From: a virus | IMG/VR virus record: IMGVR_UViG_3300033571_009591 | Coordinates: 20,216-84,215 of that record | Reading direction: 5' to 3' (one strand) | Length of the DNA stretch: 64,000 bases | Shown: positions 36,001 to 46,197 of the stretch, piece by piece | Layout: each line of letters opens with the position of its first letter | Position numbering within the stretch: position 1 is the first letter of the stretch | Translations under genes and position numbers: made by a program | Notes under the pieces: generated by a model | What the model saw: only the letters and a program-made list of their open reading frames with translations | Told to the model about the DNA's origin: nothing | The model's database searches: none

Positions 36001-39000
36001 TGATTGGGTTAACTCATTTGCAGTGGATTTACCTAACCCTCAGCAAAAAGCACGTTGGGCTCAGATGGCAAAAGATGAAAAGATTCTTGCCCAGGCAGGA
36101 GATGCTCCTTCTAAGAGCGTAGAAGACCTTTTGATTGAAAAGCCTGCATTAGATAAACTTGTTTCAGAGATTAATAAGAAGGATGGATACGAGGCTAACG
36201 GTCTTAACTTCCGAATTAATACAGGAGCATTTGGTGTTAAAGATGACAACATTGAAGTAACTCCAATTAATTGGGAGCCAGGAGACCCTATCGTTGCTCG
36301 TATTGATATGGATGGTGAAATCGATTGGGAGAATGACGCTCAATTCGATAAGTATGCCAACGATATGAATGAAGCACTAAATGGTTTAAATACACCTGAA
36401 GAAATTAATGACGAGGCTTTATTAGATCGTCGTCTAGCTGGAGAGTCACTTGATGTAGTTGCCGAAGACTTAGGGATCTCTCGTGAAGAAGTTCGCCGCC
36501 GCGAGATGAATGCACTGCGTAAGCGTAGAGAAGCAAATCCAGAAGCACCTCTTGCACCTACAGGTTTAGATAAGCCTGAAAATAAAGAAGCAATTGCCGC
36601 ATTTAATAGACAATATGTAAAAGAGTTGCTAGATCAAGAAGAAGCACGAGCAGACGAGCTACAAGCAGAAGGCGATGGCATGCCTCGCGGTGATGCGCAA
36701 GGAATTGCTGAAGCAGAGATGAAGATTATGTATGGCAAGACTGCTGGTGAAGCTCTTGATGAACTTCCTCGCGAGGAGGCATTGAGAGTTCTTAGAGAAA
36801 GACAACACGAGTTTGATAAAGATGTAGTACCAGATATTTCTGAACCACCTACACAATCAAATGTTGTTCTTGCTGTTGATGTAAATAGTCCTAATCTTCA
36901 AGAAGAAATTCAATCTGCAATTGACAAGGGTCAAAAAATTGCCTTTTCCTATAATGGAAAAGAAAGAGTTGTTCTTCCAAAGGGAATTTGGACTAACCCG
37001 AAGAACGGAAACGTCAACCTTCGTGCTATAGAAGATGGAACTGATGGAGGACTAAAAGTCTTTACGTTGAACAAGATGGAGATGGCCGCTCCGCCTCCTC
37101 CTCGTAATACAACTAAGCCTAAAGAACTTAGTGAAGGCGATAAGGCTGTTATCAAGAACAACGCTTTTGTAGAAGAAAATGCTGGCTCACTGCAACCTAT
37201 AGCAGCAGAAGATGTTCAAGTTGGTGACTTCATTTGGAACGCATTCCATGGTCGCTATGAAGAGGTTCTCTCCAATAAGTACGCAGGAGTTATGAACCGT
37301 ATGGAGATGGAAGTCTTTAACGTTAAAAATGGACAAAGAGAAATCCGTTATTTTGAAATGGATTCTCCACTTCGCAATGTTCGTCGTCCTGGTGTTGAAG
37401 ATCAAGCAGAACCAATTCCATCTGCAAAAGCAGCACCTCGCGGAGGAAAGCGCAATGTAATTAAGCGTAAAGCACCTTCCGAGCGAGTTGTCGCTAAAGA
37501 AGGACGTCAAATGGGCGGAAACTTTGAAAAAGAAGGTTTCTATAGAGACATGAACGGTGTAGCACTTGTTCCTGGTGATGTAGTTATACATAGAGACCCT
37601 TCCCCTGGTAAAGGCGGTAAGTGGAAGCGTGGAGTTGTAAAACTTCGTATTGGTGCACAGGTTGAAGAAGGTAAGAAAGCTGGAGCAGTCGGCCGTAAAG
37701 GTATTGCCTATCTTGATTACTTAATTGTTCAATGGGAAGGCGAAGATGTTGAAGCAGCGCTTAACCAAGGTGGTCGTCAAGTAAAGGCTAAGAACCTTGT
37801 TAAGTTTGACGGAAGTGTTGACGGAATGGTTATGCCAGAGTTCCGTGGAGGAAATGTAAAACCTAATACTCCAGCAAATCCTGCTGCCCCTGCTAAGCCA
37901 AATGTTCGTCCTGGAGTACCAGAAAAGATTTACAATAATAAGTTCCAAGATAAAAACGGTGGAAACTTTGAAATTAATCTTATTAAAATAGATGACGTAT
38001 ATGAAGGCGCTCTTATTGATAGAAACGTAGCAGAAGATCCTCAGGACGCTAGAGTTCAGATTGTTGTCAGAGATAAAGATAAAAAAGTTGCAATGAATGC
38101 GTTAGCAGATGCTCGTGACATCATTAAGGATGCTGCCAACGGCCAAGAAGCTTTGCCAGATATTCCTAATCTTGATGGAGAATTTCTTGGAGATGAAAAT
38201 TTAAAACCTACTCAAGCTTTAGAACAAGGAAGACTTCTAGACACTCCTGAGGGTAGACCTGCCGCACCTGCTGGTCCAGGTATGCCTAAGCCTGTTTATA
38301 AGGCAGAGGTCGAAGATGAAAAAGGTAACAACTTTAAAATTAGTGTAATAAAAATTGATGACATGTATGAGGCTGCAGTATTTAATGAAAGTGGCGACCT
38401 TAATGCAGTTATTGCTAAAAATACTTCACTTGCTGAAGTACAAGGAGTAGTTGGGCGTTTTATTGGTGATGTCGCTGAGTCTAATGATGGAGACAAAGTT
38501 ATCCGTCTTTATGGAAATATCCCAGAGCCTGTTGAACTTGTATTAGATAAAGACAATATTACAAACGAAAACTTAAATGCAGCGCTAAAAGACGTACAGG
38601 CGCGTCTATCAGAGGGTCCTAATGACTGGAGGATTAGAGAAGCACAAAGGGCTGTAGAAAAGCTCATCAAAGATTTAGATAATGGCATAGACCCTATGTC
38701 GTTAAGCATAACGCGCCTTGGTCAAATCTTTACTGGATTGGGAGCCTCTTCAAATGCTTCTTATATTGAACTTGCCAAAAAACTAAAACCTATATTCCAA
38801 GTAATTATAAAAAAACAGAGAGAAAAACAGGTTCCAAATAGAAAAGCAAATCTTAATAAACCTGACCCTGTAGCTTTGGCTAACGAACGTGTACTAGCGG
38901 GAGAAAATATTGTAGATGCTCCAAATGTAAAAGATATTTTTACAAAAGATGATGTCTTTGCTGCTAATCCATTTCTTGAACCTTTCAAGGAAGAGTTACA

Positions 39001-40093
39001 AGGCTTCTTTGCTCCCGCGCAAGGACAACCTCTTGCTAAACTCAGCGCCCCTGCGCGTCAAGCGTTAAATCAATATCTTTCTGGTTCTATTCGTGATGTT
39101 AAAGTGCTTAAAGGATCAACTCCCGAGCAAACAGACAGCAACATTAGAGAAGTAGCAGACTTTATTCTTGCTTTAAGAAAAGAAGAGCTTGCCTATTCTC
39201 CAAATAGAGACAATATTGATGTTGCACAGGCGTTAAAAGGTATGGACCCTGAGAAAATTTTTAAATATGGAAACGAAGAGGCAACTCAGGAATTTGTTCC
39301 ACTAATTATTGACGGTGTTGATACTGGTTTTCTTATGAAACTTAATGAAAGAGGTGTTAATGCAGGAAATGGTAATAACTTCTGGCTTATTGACACTAAT
39401 TCAGGTCAAAAGTTAATCATTAAAAGAGAAACTATTAAAGGTAGATCAGATGCAGAAGTATGGTCAGCAAAACTACTTAATGCTTTAGGTGTCAGAGGCG
39501 TCTCCCACGTTGAACGTCATCCTAAAGATAAAGATATTCTTTTTGTAGCTTTTGCTGGAGATAATTTAGATTTAAAAACAACTCCAAACGTATATGATGT
39601 AGTTAGAAATGACCTTAATTTGTATGCTGAAAAAACAGCAGCAAGAGCAAAAGTTGCGGATCTCATTGGAATGATGATTTTTGATGGTGTTGCTTCTAAT
39701 ACTGACCGTCACGAAGAGAACTTCCTTGCAGCAGAGACTCCTAGAAACGGTGTTGCTGGAAATGGACATGAAGATTTACAACTTCTTCCAATTGACCACG
39801 GTTATGCGCATCGTTTGTCTCGTCGTAGAGGTGCTATATATGACCCAGAAACATTACTTCGGACAAATGGATATGCTACATCTCGTTTAATCTATCAAGA
39901 ACTTGTCAAATCGATTGGTGGAAGAGCTACACACCATCTTGTAGACTTAACTGTACAGCAAGCAATACAAGAACTTAAGAGAGATAATGGTGGAATAGAT
40001 TCCACTGTATTAAAAGAAGTAATAGCTCAGCTAGAAGTTTTAAGAGGAATAACCCCTGAGAAGTGGGCTAAATTTATGAAAGCGAGGGAGTAA
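33014..40093 (+). CDS. giant head-operon protein with sigma4-like HTH, WYL-like and C-terminal HipA/PI3-PI4-kinase-like domains
   Basis: GESLDVVAEDLGISREEVRRREMNAL; IQSAIDKGQKIAFSY...FTLNKM; IIKRE...EVWS, FDGVASNTDRHEENFL, LLPIDHG. Confidence 0.75.
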   Translation: MSRIRRLSQVISEEGRRALASQQASRIRDTAFGIVDEANLNASTSRKITKKAAFTVVLRSLQSTRNLPFSLREHMAIKELSQYITLAQSDKSNSLTLSNTDLLPVSHPRSTRNHAMTASALLEARARWVADDPRIVDGYAKTIIASALTSKYASVEHVYYNSILSSLPQGVVPAEVIVAASNPFSGGNSSAERSLRARLQRRDRYGRFAFMGGGLSALVRRSNGRVYNLVGRPIIDGPNGDDIQMELPDGRIVNIPASKGMFIKAVINPTPDGYSKDTAKTATTGNIINEEDLVFVDAPKGWSKTGTNTWSAEDGWSIEKGRDKNGFFQYEIKDPAGKTVGTSSGDWEDALDSIAEKKEGKKAVLPSDNINNIVPKKAPVEIGGNGEGPKPPKPFEFKYPEGAVKIKIDESYEPEGRNEEESPDFTDDPVELGQKFDPRDLIQALEQGVIPQNKGENAIGYGVLRFNGGDEYVPVQAIYNALDEAGEDAPLELARIYDKGLGNNSNENALKDNRKGIARLDQSKPDVAESFERTVSMNPDEVPATKTPKFSEAEMNESSLPPVLEGLSEAEMRQFMETGDHTPYLPENESIDMPEGYNSLDPSPFSSWREVTADTPDAVLPEGFSDNPVFLAQSIDRQSLETELRRSIEPDSATPGYANISLQDEDGEEFVANVPGEAVRDALQLQGVDTNELIKSIADEGFAGQEDQIIMDPPKDGGQDIKDVDKALDFLDKHMDDMGTTEDAAMGISQAQEHLKEAKKDLENGDIKSAISSLEDAFNLMDGLERPSEGIFPNGENSAEAVDVVNKLITRLQEADTSKTSGEKSVVEKKPMNAYERLMAENKAAEDAVKERKAKLDKDAQDRVDDMGRPIPEGWGFTTKNKPNFGQLDRPDNYFNVYGNNNFEASVDSEGKILVKDRNGLVPDKSYDNWEDLQADLANQKAEYSSAARARVAEIAKGYGYSDEQIASFDSMSQQELADFFANPDNHTPAYADALVDWVNSFAVDLPNPQQKARWAQMAKDEKILAQAGDAPSKSVEDLLIEKPALDKLVSEINKKDGYEANGLNFRINTGAFGVKDDNIEVTPINWEPGDPIVARIDMDGEIDWENDAQFDKYANDMNEALNGLNTPEEINDEALLDRRLAGESLDVVAEDLGISREEVRRREMNALRKRREANPEAPLAPTGLDKPENKEAIAAFNRQYVKELLDQEEARADELQAEGDGMPRGDAQGIAEAEMKIMYGKTAGEALDELPREEALRVLRERQHEFDKDVVPDISEPPTQSNVVLAVDVNSPNLQEEIQSAIDKGQKIAFSYNGKERVVLPKGIWTNPKNGNVNLRAIEDGTDGGLKVFTLNKMEMAAPPPPRNTTKPKELSEGDKAVIKNNAFVEENAGSLQPIAAEDVQVGDFIWNAFHGRYEEVLSNKYAGVMNRMEMEVFNVKNGQREIRYFEMDSPLRNVRRPGVEDQAEPIPSAKAAPRGGKRNVIKRKAPSERVVAKEGRQMGGNFEKEGFYRDMNGVALVPGDVVIHRDPSPGKGGKWKRGVVKLRIGAQVEEGKKAGAVGRKGIAYLDYLIVQWEGEDVEAALNQGGRQVKAKNLVKFDGSVDGMVMPEFRGGNVKPNTPANPAAPAKPNVRPGVPEKIYNNKFQDKNGGNFEINLIKIDDVYEGALIDRNVAEDPQDARVQIVVRDKDKKVAMNALADARDIIKDAANGQEALPDIPNLDGEFLGDENLKPTQALEQGRLLDTPEGRPAAPAGPGMPKPVYKAEVEDEKGNNFKISVIKIDDMYEAAVFNESGDLNAVIAKNTSLAEVQGVVGRFIGDVAESNDGDKVIRLYGNIPEPVELVLDKDNITNENLNAALKDVQARLSEGPNDWRIREAQRAVEKLIKDLDNGIDPMSLSITRLGQIFTGLGASSNASYIELAKKLKPIFQVIIKKQREKQVPNRKANLNKPDPVALANERVLAGENIVDAPNVKDIFTKDDVFAANPFLEPFKEELQGFFAPAQGQPLAKLSAPARQALNQYLSGSIRDVKVLKGSTPEQTDSNIREVADFILALRKEELAYSPNRDNIDVAQALKGMDPEKIFKYGNEEATQEFVPLIIDGVDTGFLMKLNERGVNAGNGNNFWLIDTNSGQKLIIKRETIKGRSDAEVWSAKLLNALGVRGVSHVERHPKDKDILFVAFAGDNLDLKTTPNVYDVVRNDLNLYAEKTAARAKVADLIGMMIFDGVASNTDRHEENFLAAETPRNGVAGNGHEDLQLLPIDHGYAHRLSRRRGAIYDPETLLRTNGYATSRLIYQELVKSIGGRATHHLVDLTVQQAIQELKRDNGGIDSTVLKEVIAQLEVLRGITPEKWAKFMKARE

Positions 40094-40094
40094 A

Positions 40095-40523
40095 ATGAAA
40101 GTTTCAATATATAGAGTGTATCCAGTCAGGTTTGATAACGACCCAGTTAACCCTGAAGAACATTTATTTTCAGTGATTGCTACCGAATCTAGTGCAGCAT
40201 ACGCAGTTCCCCCTGAAAATGATCTAAATCAAGAACGTATTGAAATGATTATTCAGATGTTTAAAGATAGTGATATAAATATACCTACTACCCCCGAAGG
40301 CTGGGTAAATTTAGCATTAGATAATATGAACTATGTTACCGCTATCTCGGTTGATGCTTCCAAATATGAAAATATTAAAGATGCTATTTTTGATGAAAGT
40401 AACGCTGCAGAAGTAGCTGCGAATATAAGAAAAGAGCAACATAAACTAAATAAAGAAGCAATGGACTCTCTAGGTATCTCATCACTAGGTAGTCTAATGG
40501 ATGATATAGAGGAAGGTATATAA
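40095..40523 (+). CDS. acidic hypothetical protein (possible immunity/partner)
   Basis: directly downstream of kinase domain. Confidence 0.6.
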   Translation: MKVSIYRVYPVRFDNDPVNPEEHLFSVIATESSAAYAVPPENDLNQERIEMIIQMFKDSDINIPTTPEGWVNLALDNMNYVTAISVDASKYENIKDAIFDESNAAEVAANIRKEQHKLNKEAMDSLGISSLGSLMDDIEEGI

Positions 40524-40524
40524 C

Positions 40525-40824
40525 ATGGCCTTTACACCAGATAAACCAGAAGATCCTAAGGATTTAGTCTGTCATTACGATAGCGATATCGACCAAGCGG
40601 CTATCCTTACTTACGAGTCAGATGATGGCTTCTTCTATCGTGATAACTTTGAGTGGAAAGAAATTACTCCAGAAGACGACTGGGAGTTGGATTTTGATGG
40701 TTTAATTAGAGTATATATCGACCCCGCCTTTATTGCCGTCTATGACGAAGCCGAAAAGCAAGACTTGGCTATTCCGATTGATGAAGTAATGAAGTACGAG
40801 TCAGTTGGTCCAGAGACGGAGTAA
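40525..40824 (+). CDS. acidic hypothetical protein
   Basis: GAGG RBS, coupled. Confidence 0.65.
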   Translation: MAFTPDKPEDPKDLVCHYDSDIDQAAILTYESDDGFFYRDNFEWKEITPEDDWELDFDGLIRVYIDPAFIAVYDEAEKQDLAIPIDEVMKYESVGPETE

Positions 40825-40826
40825 AA

Positions 40827-43800
40827 GTGCTATTTATTGGTCGTAGTGGCGATGAGATCCTATTTTCCGCAGGGGAATTAGCAGTAGTTGTCGACGAGAA
40901 AAGAAAATTAGTTTCTTCCGTAGGTAGTTCAGAGGTTCTAGTTGCCTCTTTTACTCCCTTTGGCGACCAAACAGCACCAGACTCTGTACCCTTTGAGTTA
41001 GCAGTAGCTGCTACAACAGACTTAGATGTCAAGGTTTTTTCAAATAATGACCGTCTTTATACAATCCCAAAAGCAGTTCAGGCAGAAGCAAAGCGTGCTT
41101 TAGAGTGGCGCAAAAAAGAAAAACGTGGCGGAACACCTGTTGGTTTAAACACTGCTCGTACTCTTGCTAAAGGTGGACAAATTGGAATCCGCAAGGTTCG
41201 CCACATTGCTAAGTACTTTCCACGCCATCAGGTAGATAAAAAAGGTAAGGGCTACGAGCCTGGAGAATCTAACTACCCATCAAATGGTCGTATCGCTTGG
41301 GCACTATGGGGTGGAGATGCTGCAGAGCGTTGGGCATCAGCAATTGTTGACCGTGAAAATAAAAAGGCTCAGTCAAACTCAATTACTGCCTCCTACAACC
41401 ACATTATGGGCGGCTACGAGAGCCCAGGTCGAATTGAGTTCGATGCGTTTATAGAGTCAGAAACACTTCCTATAGAGAGTGCTCCTCAGTTTTATATCCG
41501 AATCCGTTTGGACTCTGGAAAAGTTGACCGTATCTATAAAGTAATTCCAGATGGTGCTTGTTTTGTTTGGGATGACGGTATGTGGGAAGATTTAGGAAAT
41601 GTAAATCACGATTTTGAAACATACGATCGTTCATTAGATGACCCGTATGACAGAACTGTAAAGATGCATGTACCTGTAGATGTTCAAACATCGATCATTC
41701 TTTGCGGAATGTTTGACTCTAACCCATTTGAACCAGTATCAATCTCTCAACTAGCCCCTGAAGAGGCTCAACTCTTTGTTGACCAAGTCAGCGGTGTTGA
41801 CTGGGGTCTTATTGATGCAGTCTTGTTTGATAATACTGACAACTATGTAAGTTTTGAAGATTACTCAGGCAGTTCAATCACCGCAGCCGCTCCTGAAAAG
41901 GGAGACTCTGTAACTTTAAAGTCTACTATTACAGACCAAGATGGAAACTACACACCAGAAGAGCGCTCATCTAAGGCTCGGGGTCAGGTTCGTAATAAGA
42001 ATGGCGAGTTTGCTAAATCTGGTGGCCGTGTAGTTATTGGTGGAAATGCTAAATACTCAGGAACAGTTGAATCTGCAAACTCAGATACACAAACATTAAA
42101 AATTAAACTTGATAACGGAACATTTGTAGATGTTCCAGGAAACACAACAGAACCTGCAGATACTTTTAAACCTATGCCTCAAGTTCAATCAGCATCTTCT
42201 ACCAAACAACTTACCCGTAATATTTTAGGACAACCTCGCACACCTATTGATAGCCCTGTTGCAAACATGCCTAATAAGCTCCCGCAACTAAGAAGCAATC
42301 AAGTAAGTACAATTCTTGCTGACTTCTCTCCTTGGGCTACTGATGCTAGAACAGCTAAATTATCTACTGGTATTGGCTCTAAGGGCGCTAATGAAGACGC
42401 CGAGGTTGCTCGGATAGTAGCGAATAGTAAGGCACCTAATGCTTACAATGACCCATCACTCCGTGCGTTTTTAGAAAAGAGTACAAAAGCACCAAATGGA
42501 GAAACAATTTATCCAAATTCTATTTGGTATCGCCCAGACATATTTGGAGTTAAGCCAGGGGATGTAGATAAGTACAAGGCAACTAGAGACTTAACCCCAT
42601 CTCCAGGAAAAAATCCTGCAAATTGGCTACAACAAAAACCTAAAGGATTCACATCTGCAGCAGAGTCAGCTTCACAGACTAAAGAACTTACTCCAGATAC
42701 TTCAGATGTTCCACCAATTTATATGGCCATCGTTTCTCCTGATGATCCTCAGGCAGTTATGGATTTAGTTTCTTTAATACCTGTATCAACAACTTCTACT
42801 AAACCTATGACATTTATTCGTAAGCCTGGCAAGTGGGAAAAAAACGAACAAGTTCTTAATGACCTAAATAGTCCTACACCCCCACCAGTTGTTGTATTAG
42901 ATGATGAAACACTAGCGACTGTTCTAGAGCAGGTTGATTCAATAGAACCAATGACATCTTCTGGATACGATGAATCAGATATGAAGATTGTTGCTGTAAT
43001 GATTGCGGCAGGCGGGGCTGACAGAAATAAAGGAAACGCTGAGGAGTTACGTCAGTATTGGCTAACTGGTAAAGGCGCGGCAAAGATTCGTTGGGGAACT
43101 GGTGGAGATTGGACACGATGCGTTCGTCAGCTCTCCAAATATATGGGCCCTCGAGCAAAAGGCTATTGCGCACTTCGTCACAAGGAAGCGACTGGTCTTT
43201 GGACTGGCGATAGCAAACACAGACAACTTTTTGGGAAGAAAGGCAGAGCTAAAAACACATTTAGCAGCGACTTCATTGTCTCTTCAGAAGCAGTAATTGC
43301 TTCAGCAACTATTAGAGCAAGAGCAGAAGATGCTCGAATAAGAGTATTCGGTGAACAACCTATCTCAGAAAATAAGGGCGCAAGTTTCTTTATCCCTCTG
43401 GTAATTCCAGAAGGAATTGAGTCAGGAGATGGTCGCAAGTTTGATGCTGGCGCAATTACTATTCGCGACCTTCCTCTCCCATTTCTATGGCAAATCAAGA
43501 CTGGTGAAGGCCATTCAGGATCAGTTGTAGTTGGAACAATTACAAAGATGGAAAGAGTCGAAAACGGTATTGGAAATGCTTATGGGCATTTTGATACTGG
43601 AGAGTATGGAAAAGAAGCGGAAAGATTGGTTCGTGGAGGCTTCATTCGTGGAGTGTCTGCTGACCTAGATATGTTCGAAGCAAAAGAACATGAGAATGCT
43701 GCTAAAGATGATGCTGACGGCAAAGTTGGAGCAGGTAAAATGAAGATAACAAAGGCAAGAGTTATGGCTGTAACCCTTGTACCAAAACCCGCATATCAAG

Positions 43801-46025
43801 AATGCAAGATAGAACTTGTTGACGAGATGGGACTAGAGCAGGAGGAAGAAGTGATTCAAGATGGAGTGTACGTCGAAGGAGTAAATCCTCTCGATGCTTC
43901 AGCACTCATCGCTTGCGGAATGGTAGCTGGAGCAATTCCAGTAACCCCACCTAAAGAGTGGTTTAACAACCCTGGTTTGAAAAAACCAACCGCTCTTACT
44001 GTAACCGATGATGGAAAAGTTTTTGGTCATATTGCCGCTTGGCATGTAGACCATATTGGAATGGCGTTTGGTACTCGCCCTCCTCGTAGCAAGAGTAACT
44101 ATGCATTTTTTCATACAGGAGTTGTTCGCACTGAAGAAGGTGTAGATATGCCTGTAGGTCAATTAACTCTTGCTGGAGGTCACGCAGGACTTGAAGCATC
44201 TGCTCAGGAAGCGGTTCGTCACTATGATGACACAGCATCCGCAGTTGCTGATGTTCATGCGGGAGAAGATGCTTACGGCATCTGGGTATCAGGAGCACTT
44301 CGCCCTGGAACTAGTCCAGAACAGATTCGCTCACTTCGTGCGTCAGCACCATCAGGTGACTGGAGACCTATCAAGGGTGCTTTAGAACTTGTTGCTGTGT
44401 GTCAAGTAAACGTTCCTGGATTCCCTATTGCTCGCGCTCGCGTTGCTTCAGGTCAGGTAATGGCACTTGTTGCTGCTGGAGCAAGTGTTCTTGCTCAACT
44501 AAAGCATGACCCACTTGCAGAACTTCATAACAGAATTGATAAGTTAGAAGCACCACTAGTTGCTGCCGCAGGAGATGCTAGAACTCGTATGCAAGCAATG
44601 ACTGCAGCGATTAAGGCAGAAGAACTTTCAAATAAAGTTAAGGCAGCAAGAAATGAAGACTCCGCATACATGCTTCAAATGCTTGATGATTCAGATGCAG
44701 AACTTGCTGTTATCACACGCAAAGAGCGTATGAAATTGGCAGAGTCAAAGAAGGCTTTGCCAGATGGCTCATTCCCAATTCGTAATGCTAATGACCTTCG
44801 TAATGCTATTCAGGCATACGGACGTTCTAAACCAGGAAAGCGTGGAGCTGTTCGCCGTCATATTGCGAAGATGGCTCGCCAACTTGATAAGAAAGAACTT
44901 ATTCCAGCTAGCTGGAAAGAAGCATCTGATTCAGAGTCCATGGTTGCTAGCCTAAGAGAGCGCATCGCTATTGTTGAATCAGTAGTTGCTGCTGGAGGAT
45001 TAGACCGTAACTCGGGAAACGCTGAAAGGCTTCGTCACTACTGGACAAGAGGTGAAGGAGCCGCCAAAATTCGCTGGGGTACATCTGGCGATTGGAAGCG
45101 TTGCGTAAAGCACTTAGGTAAGTACATGGGAGTCCGTGCAAAGGGCTACTGCCAACTACGCCACAAAGATGCTTTAGGTTTCTACACATCAACTCACGCG
45201 AAGCGTGACAAAAACAGCAAAAATCTTTCTGAAATTCAGGAAAATATAAGCACTTTTGAAACACAGGTTTCAGAAGCTGATATGGCTATGGATATGGAAA
45301 AGATTTATCAGGAAGAAGATGGCGTATTCGAGCCAGACTTTAAACCATCTGATGAAATCATTGTAATTCTTAACGGTGGAGACACTGAAGAAGAAGCAAT
45401 GTCCGTCACAGCGGCGGCAGAAATTTCAGAGAAGGACCTAAAAGGTCTCACTGATGAAGAGTTGGACCTACTAAAAAAAGAAGTTAAGAGCAAGCAGAAG
45501 GCTGAATCAAAGTCAGGAATCTATACACCTAAAACACAACCCCGTGATACCAAGGGGAAATTTCGACAAGTGCTTGCTCGGTTGAAAGTTAATTTAGGTG
45601 ATTCTGGCTCAGATGAGGCGTTGAAAAAGATTGAAGAAGCAGAAAATCTCGATAACGTAGGCGATTACGCTGGTGCAGCCAATGCTGCTGGAGATTTATT
45701 AGGCGTAATCGACAGACTAGATACAGGGGCACTAAATGCCGAGTCTCTAGAGAATGTAAGAACCTCTGCAGGGCAATTAGGTTCGGTTATTGCTAACCTT
45801 CCTTTTGCCTTTGGTCAAGATGCTCAGAAAATTCGCTTTAGCGACATTCCTCCTGCGCTGAGTGATTTGATAGAGAAGATGATTACTCGTGTAGAGGCCA
45901 AGATTGGGCAGAAGGATGCCGATATAGCAACTAAAGACTTAAGAGGCTTTATGGCTGGCTCTGACTACTATAGTCAAAGCGAGATATCTAGTCAAATGTC
46001 TAAGTTACTCCGATTACTTACCTAA
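40827..46025 (+). CDS. capsid maturation protease polyprotein
   Basis: protease-like segment (EGHSGSVVVG...RGVSADLD...VTLVPKPAY) and a second SGDWR...LELVAVCQVNVPGFP domain; duplicated GNAE.LR.YW..G.GAAKIRWGT.GDW.RC domain; DUF6582-like ALPDGSFPI; precedes major capsid. Confidence 0.75.
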   Translation: MLFIGRSGDEILFSAGELAVVVDEKRKLVSSVGSSEVLVASFTPFGDQTAPDSVPFELAVAATTDLDVKVFSNNDRLYTIPKAVQAEAKRALEWRKKEKRGGTPVGLNTARTLAKGGQIGIRKVRHIAKYFPRHQVDKKGKGYEPGESNYPSNGRIAWALWGGDAAERWASAIVDRENKKAQSNSITASYNHIMGGYESPGRIEFDAFIESETLPIESAPQFYIRIRLDSGKVDRIYKVIPDGACFVWDDGMWEDLGNVNHDFETYDRSLDDPYDRTVKMHVPVDVQTSIILCGMFDSNPFEPVSISQLAPEEAQLFVDQVSGVDWGLIDAVLFDNTDNYVSFEDYSGSSITAAAPEKGDSVTLKSTITDQDGNYTPEERSSKARGQVRNKNGEFAKSGGRVVIGGNAKYSGTVESANSDTQTLKIKLDNGTFVDVPGNTTEPADTFKPMPQVQSASSTKQLTRNILGQPRTPIDSPVANMPNKLPQLRSNQVSTILADFSPWATDARTAKLSTGIGSKGANEDAEVARIVANSKAPNAYNDPSLRAFLEKSTKAPNGETIYPNSIWYRPDIFGVKPGDVDKYKATRDLTPSPGKNPANWLQQKPKGFTSAAESASQTKELTPDTSDVPPIYMAIVSPDDPQAVMDLVSLIPVSTTSTKPMTFIRKPGKWEKNEQVLNDLNSPTPPPVVVLDDETLATVLEQVDSIEPMTSSGYDESDMKIVAVMIAAGGADRNKGNAEELRQYWLTGKGAAKIRWGTGGDWTRCVRQLSKYMGPRAKGYCALRHKEATGLWTGDSKHRQLFGKKGRAKNTFSSDFIVSSEAVIASATIRARAEDARIRVFGEQPISENKGASFFIPLVIPEGIESGDGRKFDAGAITIRDLPLPFLWQIKTGEGHSGSVVVGTITKMERVENGIGNAYGHFDTGEYGKEAERLVRGGFIRGVSADLDMFEAKEHENAAKDDADGKVGAGKMKITKARVMAVTLVPKPAYQECKIELVDEMGLEQEEEVIQDGVYVEGVNPLDASALIACGMVAGAIPVTPPKEWFNNPGLKKPTALTVTDDGKVFGHIAAWHVDHIGMAFGTRPPRSKSNYAFFHTGVVRTEEGVDMPVGQLTLAGGHAGLEASAQEAVRHYDDTASAVADVHAGEDAYGIWVSGALRPGTSPEQIRSLRASAPSGDWRPIKGALELVAVCQVNVPGFPIARARVASGQVMALVAAGASVLAQLKHDPLAELHNRIDKLEAPLVAAAGDARTRMQAMTAAIKAEELSNKVKAARNEDSAYMLQMLDDSDAELAVITRKERMKLAESKKALPDGSFPIRNANDLRNAIQAYGRSKPGKRGAVRRHIAKMARQLDKKELIPASWKEASDSESMVASLRERIAIVESVVAAGGLDRNSGNAERLRHYWTRGEGAAKIRWGTSGDWKRCVKHLGKYMGVRAKGYCQLRHKDALGFYTSTHAKRDKNSKNLSEIQENISTFETQVSEADMAMDMEKIYQEEDGVFEPDFKPSDEIIVILNGGDTEEEAMSVTAAAEISEKDLKGLTDEELDLLKKEVKSKQKAESKSGIYTPKTQPRDTKGKFRQVLARLKVNLGDSGSDEALKKIEEAENLDNVGDYAGAANAAGDLLGVIDRLDTGALNAESLENVRTSAGQLGSVIANLPFAFGQDAQKIRFSDIPPALSDLIEKMITRVEAKIGQKDADIATKDLRGFMAGSDYYSQSEISSQMSKLLRLLT

Positions 46026-46197
46026 TCAGATAAAAATCGTACAAAATTAAAAATCACACTATTTGAACTAATGTAGTATCTGTTACTAGGTGGAGTGCCT
46101 CCCGCAGATTAAATGCGTCCTGGAGTCCCTCGGCCCCGATTGATTAGCGAAATGGGTAATAAGACCTATTTAGACTGGCCGTAGGAAAGGACAGTTC

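Noticed and set aside
37190-37270. Intein/Hint domain (IAAEDVQVGD)
   Set aside because: No N-terminal Cys/Ser block or C-terminal HN; more like an SH3-type barrel.
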